Shown in pieces: positions 19,999 through 29,043 of a DNA stretch of 64,000 nucleotides. Made by a program: the position numbers and the translations under genes. Where the stretch lies: IMG/VR virus record IMGVR_UViG_3300032289_002266; one strand, given 5' to 3'. This DNA is from an uncultured virus (IMG/VR IMGVR_UViG_3300032289_002266) (lineage: Duplodnaviria > Heunggongvirae > Uroviricota > Caudoviricetes). Below the pieces are notes generated by a model. That model had not been told where the DNA came from, ran no database searches, and saw only the letters and a program-made list of their open reading frames with translations. Position 1 is the stretch's first letter. Every line of letters starts with the position of its first letter.

Positions 19999-20733
19999 TT
20001 ATGAGATTCGTTGCCATACATATAGAGCGCAGGCAGGAGGTTCAATGTCTATAGAGTATGAAGATTTTGCTACTGGGTATGAAGTTATTGCACCGTAAAG
20101 TTGTTTGTTTCCATTTAAAGTTCTATTGGCTTGAGATTCGCCTGGAATCCAGCGACCTCTAGTCCAACCCCTACCATCATCCCAACCACCATTAATAACT
20201 ACAAAGTCATCGTTATTAGCTCCGGTAAAGGCTCCTGTACCGTGATAGTGATCGGGTACTGATATATCCTGTGTAAATCTACCAGAGTTATTTCCAGCAA
20301 TAAATGTATTCGATACTCCATTTGTATCGGTAGAGCTTCCAACTCCTCCTAAATATCTTCCTTGGCTTATCTGTGACCAACCCGTACCAGACCATCCTGG
20401 TCTAAGACCAGGATTGCCACTATCGAAAGTAAAGATTACGGAACCTACAGGGTGTAGTACGTTTAGTAAATTAAAAATGTCAAACTGTGTACTAGCAGAT
20501 AGTTTTGCAGTTACTGATAAGCTACTAGCTGAAACCGATCCACAAGAAAGAGGACCGCATATAGTTACACCATTGCAGTTTGCTCCTACTCTTATTGCAG
20601 CAAATGTTCCGTAACCATCATATATCTGAGCTTGACCTGTAGGTGGAAGGTTTTGACCACCTGCATGTAACACACCGTAATAAGTATCACTTATGTTTAC
20701 GCTTGCTAAGTTTGTTGCTGCTGTTCCTGCCAT
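19999..20733 (-). CDS. Baseplate/short-fibre protein (gp10 C-terminus-like)
   Basis: HPVGSVIF...NPG...WSQISQGRYLGGVG...YVWQRIS. Confidence 0.65.
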   Translation of the reverse strand: MAGTAATNLASVNISDTYYGVLHAGGQNLPPTGQAQIYDGYGTFAAIRVGANCNGVTICGPLSCGSVSASSLSVTAKLSASTQFDIFNLLNVLHPVGSVIFTFDSGNPGLRPGWSGTGWSQISQGRYLGGVGSSTDTNGVSNTFIAGNNSGRFTQDISVPDHYHGTGAFTGANNDDFVVINGGWDDGRGWTRGRWIPGESQANRTLNGNKQLYGAITSYPVAKSSYSIDIEPPACALYVWQRIS

Positions 20734-20739
20734 TGTATA

Positions 20740-20747
20740 TATTTATA
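20740..20747 (-). promoter_or_regulatory. T4-type late promoter box TATAAATA
   Basis: Lies 6 nt before the ATG at 20733. Confidence 0.6.
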
Positions 20748-22778
20748 CTAGCTGATTTCTATTGCACTATTATACGGAGTAACAGTTAGTTCTTTTTTAA
20801 CAGTTATACCTTTATCTACCGCCGTGAGGTTAATAAGCTTTTCCTGTAAATCTAAAATATTTCTAAATGCTCTATTAATAACTGTTACTAAAGCCTTTTC
20901 ATTTTCATGAACGTAATAATCTTCAGGCTGTATTAAGCTAAAGCTGTTAAAATCTAGATTATAATTATAATCAGTCAAAGTAAATATATTACTTGTATCA
21001 TATTCACCAGTAAATCTACCTACTAAATTATTTTTAAGCACGAGAATATCTCTTACTACTTTGTAAAGTTCCTTATTAATGGTGGATGCTTGTATATACT
21101 CCTCCGAAGAAAGCGTCATATTAATTTTACCAAACTTTTGCAGTTTGTTGGTTTTAATAACCTGCTTAAATTCGTTGGGCTCGTTATAAAAATAAATTCT
21201 ACCATCTGTAATAAACACTACTGAATCAAAGTTATTAGATGTTGGTAAAAAGCTTATACCTTTATACACATCATTAAATATAACTATGTTAGGTACCTGA
21301 GTCGTAGTAGTAGCGTACACGTCTCTTATCGCGTAAACATCAATATAAGTCGTGCCGGCAGCTGCTCCCCAAGCCCAATTGCCATTACTGTATGATTTGC
21401 TTACAATCCCCCATTGATTATCAGGTGTAGATGCCTTTCTTTCCTTCAGGTAAGATTCTGTACCCACCTTATCACCGGACTGAACGGTTTTAGTGCCTGA
21501 TATATAATCTGTGTTTAGTTCTTGATATCTGCCTATAAGCACATTAGGCTTACTGACGAAGAGCTTATAGACTTGTCTATCTGTACATATATAATAATAG
21601 TCGCTATTGTTTTTGCTAAACTCTACATTTGCTATAGTCTCCGTCTCTTGCAGAGGTACCGCTATATCTTTATAAGTCTCCTGAATTCTAAAACAGTCGA
21701 GATCAATTATGTACAGATTTAGTTTTTTACTCTTAATTTCCCTAGTGAATACATAGAGGTTATTATAAAATTCATTAATTTGAAGCGCTACTACAGGCTC
21801 TCTAGTCAGAGGAATACTACCAATTCTAGTAATAAAATTAAAATTTAAATCAAAAACTTTTATTACACTGTTACCAGAATCATTTACTATGATAACATCA
21901 TCATTTGATGCAATATGCTTAGGCGACTTGAATAAGTTCTTCGATCCTTGTGGTCCATCACCCCCTAATATTTCTAATAGATTTCTTTTATTAGCTAGTG
22001 CTAGATCACCATTATAATAGCCGCCGATGTCATACTTGTAAATAACGCTATTAAGCTCATCAGTTATAAAAATAAAATTTCTAGATAGAGAGATATCAAA
22101 TAAAGATCCAAAAGTTAACTCATTCTGCGTGCTTTCTATAAAGCGTGAGTGTGGCTCTATAACTTGACAGACTCTATTATTTCCTGATAGCGTAGTGAAT
22201 CCACCACTCGTTATAGCATATACTGTGTAGTCTGTAGGGGTATCGTCTTTAAGTTTTGCAGCAAATCTTCTTATATTACCGAGCGCTCTGAAAGATTCTA
22301 TAGAGCTAGATGCGAACGGCACGCTTTGTACTAAGCTTGATACAGCAGTTAATGATCGGGTATTGCTAGTTGGTAAACATGCATAGGTATAATCAGCTAA
22401 ATTACCAGCAGATAGCATCCTCACGGGTAAATCGTTACTAGCCATAAACAACTTAGAGTATACAAAGGTATTATTGTCGTGTAACTTGCCTAGCTTGTCT
22501 ATAAGCAAGCTATGCGTTAAAAAATCATTAGCACCAAACAAAATCTCAAAAGAATTGTAAGGTAAGCTAAAAGGCTCATTTATATCTCTATTTTTTAAAT
22601 ATTTAGAGGTATATAAATTACTCTCGTATGTTGTTGTAGGAGTCAGCGGAGCGATGTATTTATCAATGTACGGTACACCGCTTAGAGTTACTACGTAACC
22701 CACGTAGTCTCCTCCCGACAGGGTAGTAAACTCACCTCCAGTAGTATAAAATCTTTTTCTAGCAGTATAGTCTATCAT
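20748..22778 (-). CDS. Virion protein with NHL/beta-propeller-like repeats
   Basis: FKSPKHIA...IIVNDSGNSVIKVFD; IFITDELNSVIYKYD. Confidence 0.6.
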   Translation of the reverse strand: MIDYTARKRFYTTGGEFTTLSGGDYVGYVVTLSGVPYIDKYIAPLTPTTTYESNLYTSKYLKNRDINEPFSLPYNSFEILFGANDFLTHSLLIDKLGKLHDNNTFVYSKLFMASNDLPVRMLSAGNLADYTYACLPTSNTRSLTAVSSLVQSVPFASSSIESFRALGNIRRFAAKLKDDTPTDYTVYAITSGGFTTLSGNNRVCQVIEPHSRFIESTQNELTFGSLFDISLSRNFIFITDELNSVIYKYDIGGYYNGDLALANKRNLLEILGGDGPQGSKNLFKSPKHIASNDDVIIVNDSGNSVIKVFDLNFNFITRIGSIPLTREPVVALQINEFYNNLYVFTREIKSKKLNLYIIDLDCFRIQETYKDIAVPLQETETIANVEFSKNNSDYYYICTDRQVYKLFVSKPNVLIGRYQELNTDYISGTKTVQSGDKVGTESYLKERKASTPDNQWGIVSKSYSNGNWAWGAAAGTTYIDVYAIRDVYATTTTQVPNIVIFNDVYKGISFLPTSNNFDSVVFITDGRIYFYNEPNEFKQVIKTNKLQKFGKINMTLSSEEYIQASTINKELYKVVRDILVLKNNLVGRFTGEYDTSNIFTLTDYNYNLDFNSFSLIQPEDYYVHENEKALVTVINRAFRNILDLQEKLINLTAVDKGITVKKELTVTPYNSAIEIS

Positions 22779-25700
22779 TTAAAGTCTAGGAATTGTATAT
22801 CATTTATATTTACACCGAGAGGTAGTATAGAGGATGATTCCTGTAATATTAGGTTCTTAATATTATTCTGCATATCCGAGTTAATTATACCTGTATTTTT
22901 AACATATATATTAACCTTCTTCGAAGAGCTATCTTTAGTGCGGAACTTAAAGTATCTCTCTATCTCTTCAATATTATTTCTTTGACCCGCTGGTAAAGAT
23001 AGTACAAGGTCGTTAATTGGCGTGTCGAACACATTAAGAGCTAGTATCTCATCATCCCGTAACGCTCTATCATAGAGAAAAACATTCTTCAATCTAGTAT
23101 TGTTTAAATAGTAATAGCCTGGTTGATTTAAGTAGGTAGCTAGATCGGTATTATTGTAAAACCCTGCTGTACCAGCATAAAAATCGTCGTTGAGTATATC
23201 TTGAATTCCGTATTTACCTGGTTGAACTGTTAGGTTCTCGTGCTGAATTCCATCTACAAACAACGTTATATTACCTTGTATAGGATCAAATCTATATGAG
23301 AATGTATGATAACCTCTATCTAAGGTTGTGTAGTCGAATGATATATTTTTTTGTAGTATATCTTCGGTTGAGAGGTAGTTAGTAAGAGTAAGATTAAAAT
23401 TAAGACTCTTAGGTCTATATGATTGATTTAAATAGCTATAGTTTGTTGCTATATAACCGGTTTTAAAACGAGAATTGTCATTTTGATCTGTTAGATATCC
23501 CTTAAGCTGTGTATTGATAAAATTAAATGAAGAGGCTGTAAATAAGTTAATACTATCTGTATTATCGAGGTAAGTTATTACTATATCTTTATTTGTTTTA
23601 TTGATAGCGAACGTACTTACATATTGTTTTATAAGATCTATACTTACAAATCCCTTTAAGTTAGTTATAGTAGTTGAAAAGTTATCCGAAAAAATTAATT
23701 CAAGAGAATGTGAGTATATAGATAACTTACTAGTATCATGAAGAACATAGATAGAACTATCATCAACCACAAAATCGATAATTCTAGTATTACTATGCAT
23801 AACATAGGTGATATCGTCGATCTTTATATCGTGTCTTATTAGATCTTGTCCTCCTATTACATAATATACTACTTCTGGTGAGTAATACTTTACCTCGTAT
23901 GATGGTAGTCTATAAATAACATCATCAAATACCACAATGCCGTTTTTCACATCATATAGTCCTGGATTCTTCTCATAGGTGTTTTTAAACCTAACAGAAG
24001 TCGGCGTGGATACTACCCCTAAAGTGTTTTTGTCAACCTTTATAACATCATTAGTGTTAGAAGCCTTAACAAAGTATAGGTAGCTCCCATCATAGAAGTA
24101 GTTTATATAACCAACAATCTCCGGTACGGACTCCATCTTCATTTTAACTCCCAAAGCATTTACTTTATAAATGCGTCCACCGTTACATACAACATAATAA
24201 TCATCTAGACCTTCACCCTTCGCAATATCTAGTATATCTGTATCAAATACTGTTGTGTGCAATAAAACCAAATCAGTATTATATACTTTAAGAGTCTTTC
24301 CACTATAAGAGTTAATAAACGGGGTGATTCTAGTATCACTTACAACACCGAATCCTTTATTAGTAATATTACCAAATATTTGATAGCCATAATCACCTTC
24401 TGGATCAACATAAAGGTCAAACGAGACAGTAAAAGCATTGCTGTCATTTATAGATCTTGCAACATTAAACTTGTTATATTTTAATCCGTCGTAAAATATC
24501 TCTTTAGAATTATATACTTCAGATACATTACTAGTGGTATAGTAGTTATCAAAGCCACTTGCAATAGGCATAGTAGAGCTAACATATTCCATTATATCAT
24601 CAACCCCAACGCGTGAGTACTTGTATGAATTATTCGGCTCTAAACACAAATCACTTCGCTTATCAAAAAACGCCGCGGCCGCTACACTACGCGGGTCAGT
24701 AAATATAAGACTATCAATAGGATCACTATAAGATGGTGCGTATACTGGTAAAGTGCTCAGAGCTGCACGCTTTGTAATGTAATCAGGGTAATAATATCTA
24801 TCTACCCATATACCTGGCGTATTAGTACCGCCAGATAGCCAGGTAACGAGATATCTTCCGTTATTATAGACTGTATTGTTTTTTCTTAGTTGGTAGATGT
24901 TATCAGCTAGCTTAGGAGTCAACCCGGCTAAGCTACCGTTCTCTACAAACTTAGTATCATTTATGTTTAATTTACTGTAAGGGTATAGTGAAGATGGAGC
25001 TGTAAATATAGTGTCTGAGCCATTTTTTACCTTTATATCTTTATCGAACCAGACATATGTAAGAGATATATTATCGTCGCCTAGCTCTTGACTGTTTCCT
25101 GTCTGTAACGACATATACTCTCTAAACTCAACCCCAGGTACAGATGGGTTACTATCAATTATATTTGTACCTCTTTTTATGTAGTTCTTCTCTGATCTTA
25201 TATTGTTTAGAGTTACATAATTTAAATTAAGATCGTTGAGAGACTCATTTACATTCGCGTGTAATAAATACTGATCTGCTCTATCAAATATACTTTTATT
25301 TTCGTTTAAACTTAGATCATTTTGCTTATTTACATCATAACTAACCCAAGAAGAGTATTCTTTTGGCTCTAACTCTTTAATGCTATAATTAATCTGCATT
25401 ACATTACTAGGAGATGTTACTAGAGAGGAGCTTGTAACAGTTACAAATGTTAATATATCTCCTCCTAACCCGTCGTAAGAAGCTGATAAAGTTAACACCT
25501 TATTACCGTATACTGTATTTTTAAATAGTTGCAGATATCCATCTTTATCGAGAATATATCTAAACATATCATTACGCTCACTACTTAAAGTAGTAACATC
25601 AGAATAATAGTTTAAGAAAAATACACTATCTGCATTTGGCAAATAGTTCATGTAATAATCAGCCTTACCGTTGTTGTGTTTAACTCTAAGGAACAAATCA

Positions 25701-26116
25701 TCAACAATTTCTAACTCAAAGTAAGTGTTATTTTTATAACCTGTATAAGTTGATAGTAGGGCTCTGCAAGTAGTAACTCTTGGATCCTTATTGACGGTAT
25801 CCTTGTATATATAAAGATACTTCGGATTAGATGCGTCGTAGAGAGTGTTGAATATAAGCTGCGTTGTTATTGTTCGAATAGGCTCATATTTGGCATCAGA
25901 TACAAACATATCCTTAATACTCTTTTTAGAGGTAAGGTATTGTGTTGAATAATTGTTTATAGTGCTATCAACTGTATCATTTAAAGCGTAGATTTTATTT
26001 AAAGAATAACCTTGCTCGAACCCTTCTCTATACTGTCTAAACTTATAAAAGGAATCATAATAACTCGCACTTAGAGTATTAATTGCAGATACACTATAAA
26101 CTTCTAAATTAGTCAC
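22775..26116 (-). CDS. Large baseplate-associated protein with a C-terminal LamG/concanavalin-like domain
   Basis: YHTFSYRFD...ITLFVDG...VFLYDRALRDDEI; C-terminus ILPLGVNINDIQF. Confidence 0.6.
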   Translation of the reverse strand: MTNLEVYSVSAINTLSASYYDSFYKFRQYREGFEQGYSLNKIYALNDTVDSTINNYSTQYLTSKKSIKDMFVSDAKYEPIRTITTQLIFNTLYDASNPKYLYIYKDTVNKDPRVTTCRALLSTYTGYKNNTYFELEIVDDLFLRVKHNNGKADYYMNYLPNADSVFFLNYYSDVTTLSSERNDMFRYILDKDGYLQLFKNTVYGNKVLTLSASYDGLGGDILTFVTVTSSSLVTSPSNVMQINYSIKELEPKEYSSWVSYDVNKQNDLSLNENKSIFDRADQYLLHANVNESLNDLNLNYVTLNNIRSEKNYIKRGTNIIDSNPSVPGVEFREYMSLQTGNSQELGDDNISLTYVWFDKDIKVKNGSDTIFTAPSSLYPYSKLNINDTKFVENGSLAGLTPKLADNIYQLRKNNTVYNNGRYLVTWLSGGTNTPGIWVDRYYYPDYITKRAALSTLPVYAPSYSDPIDSLIFTDPRSVAAAAFFDKRSDLCLEPNNSYKYSRVGVDDIMEYVSSTMPIASGFDNYYTTSNVSEVYNSKEIFYDGLKYNKFNVARSINDSNAFTVSFDLYVDPEGDYGYQIFGNITNKGFGVVSDTRITPFINSYSGKTLKVYNTDLVLLHTTVFDTDILDIAKGEGLDDYYVVCNGGRIYKVNALGVKMKMESVPEIVGYINYFYDGSYLYFVKASNTNDVIKVDKNTLGVVSTPTSVRFKNTYEKNPGLYDVKNGIVVFDDVIYRLPSYEVKYYSPEVVYYVIGGQDLIRHDIKIDDITYVMHSNTRIIDFVVDDSSIYVLHDTSKLSIYSHSLELIFSDNFSTTITNLKGFVSIDLIKQYVSTFAINKTNKDIVITYLDNTDSINLFTASSFNFINTQLKGYLTDQNDNSRFKTGYIATNYSYLNQSYRPKSLNFNLTLTNYLSTEDILQKNISFDYTTLDRGYHTFSYRFDPIQGNITLFVDGIQHENLTVQPGKYGIQDILNDDFYAGTAGFYNNTDLATYLNQPGYYYLNNTRLKNVFLYDRALRDDEILALNVFDTPINDLVLSLPAGQRNNIEEIERYFKFRTKDSSSKKVNIYVKNTGIINSDMQNNIKNLILQESSSILPLGVNINDIQFLDFK

Positions 26117-26166
26117 TATAATATATTTATTTGCGGATATAAGTTACTAGTAAAAAAATACATAGG

Positions 26167-26174
26167 TATAAATA
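26167..26174 (+). promoter_or_regulatory. T4-type late promoter box TATAAATA
   Basis: Lies 6 nt before the ATG at 26181. Confidence 0.6.
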
Positions 26175-26180
26175 TATAAT

Positions 26181-27650
26181 ATGCCAAGTATTCCTATTCA
26201 ATCTATTACTGATCTTGCTGCAGCTAGTGTCACGGGTAATGAGACAGTACCTTTAGTGCAGCAGGTAGGTGCAGCGTACTATACATATAAAACACCTATA
26301 AAGAATTTTTTCTTTAATAATGCTATTCCTTTTACCGCACTGTCTAGTTGCCCTTTAAAATGGACCACGAGTAATGTAGGTATTGGCACAACCTCCCCAA
26401 CCTGTCCTTTAGATATTAGTTCTGCAGGAATAAAAATTAATACTAGCAGAGTTATTTCTTCTAACTCAAATACATCTAACATTGTTTTAGCGGGAGGAGA
26501 CGGAACAGACGGAGCTAATATTGAGCTTTACGGAAGTGCACACTCAGGAAGTCCAAGTATGGCGTATATTGATGCTAATGCTGTTTATTTTAGAGATGCT
26601 CTAGCCTCAACCAATAATTTTACAGTCTCTACGGGTATAGTTGGAATAGGTGTTGCAGTACCATCATCTGCTCTAGACGTTAAAGGTACTATCACCTTAA
26701 GTCAAAATAACAACTCTATAAGATTTACTGATGCTAGCGGAACTTTCCCTAGGCTAACCATGCAATCTGATAACAACTTTGTATTTTACGGTACTAATTC
26801 TACCGGTAATAATAGAGCAATTTATAGCATATTTCAGCGTAGTGATACTTCAACCTTTAATTTTAACGTGCCAGTTACCATAGCTGGTAATAACACTGCT
26901 GGAGACCCCGGATTAGTTATTGCACCAAATACTCTAGGTGCAACAAAAAGATCGAGTATAGTTCTTGATGACTGGAATGTAGGTCAAGACTCGAACGGAA
27001 ACGGTACAAAAGATTTTTACATATATCAATCATCTGCTGCATCAACTAGATGTTATATTAATACTAGTGGTAATGTTGGTATCGGTACATCATCTCCTTC
27101 TAATAGGTTAGATGTAGCAGGAGGAATTAGCGTGGCGCAATCTAGCGGAATTAATCTAAACGCTTCAGGTGGAGGTTCTATTAGAGGTCAGAATCAAGAT
27201 GGAGCTTCTAATACACTAGCCAATGTACAAATACAATCTTGGTTTGGGATCGGCTTTAGTCCTAATATCACAGGTCAAACTATTCCACAAGGTGAAAATG
27301 CAGTATTTATTAACTGTAGAACCGGTACGTTAAACGCTAGAGGTGCAGTAACCGCTCCTTCTTTTACATCTAGCTCATCCAAGCGTTTTAAGACTAATAT
27401 CAATAATTTAACTAATTCTTTAGAAACAATTAATCAATTACAAGGGGTTGCTTACGAGTGGAAAGAAACTGGTAAGTCTGATATCGGTCTTATAGCTGAA
27501 GAAGTTAATGAGATTCTTCCTGAGCTAGTAAAGAAAGACGAAGATGACGCTCCTGAAGGTATTGATTACGGTAAGCTTACAGCGGTTCTTATAGAAGCAG
27601 TTAAAGAACTAACACAAAAAGTATCAGATCTAGAGAGTAAGTTAAAATAA
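26181..27650 (+). CDS. Tail fibre with C-terminal intramolecular chaperone (Peptidase S74-like)
   Basis: GNVGIGTxxP repeats; SSSKRFKTNI...GLIAEEV...PELV...IDYGKLTAVLIEAVKEL coiled coil. Confidence 0.88.
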   Translation: MPSIPIQSITDLAAASVTGNETVPLVQQVGAAYYTYKTPIKNFFFNNAIPFTALSSCPLKWTTSNVGIGTTSPTCPLDISSAGIKINTSRVISSNSNTSNIVLAGGDGTDGANIELYGSAHSGSPSMAYIDANAVYFRDALASTNNFTVSTGIVGIGVAVPSSALDVKGTITLSQNNNSIRFTDASGTFPRLTMQSDNNFVFYGTNSTGNNRAIYSIFQRSDTSTFNFNVPVTIAGNNTAGDPGLVIAPNTLGATKRSSIVLDDWNVGQDSNGNGTKDFYIYQSSAASTRCYINTSGNVGIGTSSPSNRLDVAGGISVAQSSGINLNASGGGSIRGQNQDGASNTLANVQIQSWFGIGFSPNITGQTIPQGENAVFINCRTGTLNARGAVTAPSFTSSSSKRFKTNINNLTNSLETINQLQGVAYEWKETGKSDIGLIAEEVNEILPELVKKDEDDAPEGIDYGKLTAVLIEAVKELTQKVSDLESKLK

Positions 27651-27654
27651 TATT

Positions 27655-28332
27655 ATGGCTGGGTTTAAGGTAAGTACAACTGATCTAGATAGTATATTTA
27701 GAGCTAGAGTTACAGCTAAACGAGCTGATGTCGGGTATGTAGATTCAAACGGTGTTGATATATCTAATTTATACGAAAAATCTAATGTAGCAAGTGACCA
27801 GATATCATACACTACAGCATTTAATTCCGGAGTTACAGACCTAAAAGGACTCTTTCAAAGAGCTGGGTATACGCCCTTTACCGACACACTTACATTTAGT
27901 GTTATTCAGTTTAGTGGAGATTGCTGGCGGGTGCGGGTAAGCGGTCCTAAGCCTAACTTACTTTATAGAATACTTTTTAGAGTTTCGGGGTCTAAAATCA
28001 AAGATTTTATACCAACAACAACCGATACAGAAATATATGAAATTATAAATCAGGGAAGTGCAGGTATGACTTTTTACTTTGATCAAGTTCAGCTACTTAA
28101 TAACACCAAGACGGCGGTTTTAGCTACGTGGGATGTGGAAAAGTCTTTCTATACAGGAAGCGATATTAATAGTACTACAACCAGAGCATTTACAATCGCT
28201 AATACACCTGATCGGGGTGGTGTAAATGATGCTATATATACTTTAATTAGTAATCCTATACCTCCTAGTTTGTTTACAAATATTGCTACAGCTACCTTTA
28301 CTTTAGGATTAAATTCAAATTTAGAACTTTAA
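27655..28332 (+). CDS. Hypothetical fibre-associated protein
   Basis: Follows the fibre gene by 4 nt; three DL/DI repeats in the N-terminus. Confidence 0.55.
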   Translation: MAGFKVSTTDLDSIFRARVTAKRADVGYVDSNGVDISNLYEKSNVASDQISYTTAFNSGVTDLKGLFQRAGYTPFTDTLTFSVIQFSGDCWRVRVSGPKPNLLYRILFRVSGSKIKDFIPTTTDTEIYEIINQGSAGMTFYFDQVQLLNNTKTAVLATWDVEKSFYTGSDINSTTTRAFTIANTPDRGGVNDAIYTLISNPIPPSLFTNIATATFTLGLNSNLEL

Positions 28333-28344
28333 TAGCCGTATACT

Positions 28345-29043
28345 CTACGTAGTAAATTGACTGTACCCTAACACACAATCTACGGTATAGGTTGTATTAT
28401 CTGAAAGAGTAATCTCAATATCAATACTATCAGATGTTGCAAGAAGTCCTAGATCGAGATATCCAAATATATCAATTGGCGTTACATCTTGTACTCCACC
28501 GCTTAATAAAGCTACTCCTGTATCCTTTAAATTAGCCGCAAAAGTCGTTCCATCTACACCTTCGAAATTAACAAAGCTGTTATTAGACGTAAGAGGCAGT
28601 ATCTGCGTGTTTAGTATTGTTAGTCTTTCTAAGCTATCATAGAACGATCCCCAAAAGCTACGTACAGGCTGCTTAATGTATATAAACTTACCATTATTCT
28701 TCTGTATTATTATACTAATAACATAGTCAGCTTCGTAGGTATTATATTCGTTAACGTAGTCATGACTGTATACTCCTAATATACTACCGTTTAATTTACC
28801 GTATAGTACTTCATTAAAAATAGATTGTGTTCTATAGTTGTAAAAAATCTCCCTCTTGTAAACTTCCTGTTTTGTGTTATCTCCCCAGTCTATAACCACC
28901 TGATCAACTTTAAAGTCGTTTTCTAAGACACCGGTAAGTGATATATTAAGAGTGGTAGCTCCTTTAAGTATAACAGGTTTAACCTGCATAGTTATATTGT
29001 TGAAGGAATTATTTAAATCGTAGTTAAGTGTTACACTATTCAT
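28345..29043 (-). CDS. Structural protein with a PKD-like element
   Basis: VVIDWGDNT...YSHDY. Confidence 0.55.
   Translation of the reverse strand: MNSVTLNYDLNNSFNNITMQVKPVILKGATTLNISLTGVLENDFKVDQVVIDWGDNTKQEVYKREIFYNYRTQSIFNEVLYGKLNGSILGVYSHDYVNEYNTYEADYVISIIIQKNNGKFIYIKQPVRSFWGSFYDSLERLTILNTQILPLTSNNSFVNFEGVDGTTFAANLKDTGVALLSGGVQDVTPIDIFGYLDLGLLATSDSIDIEITLSDNTTYTVDCVLGYSQFTT

Noticed and set aside
26181..28332. Invertible fibre segment
   Set aside because: No flanking inverted repeats or invertase gene detected.
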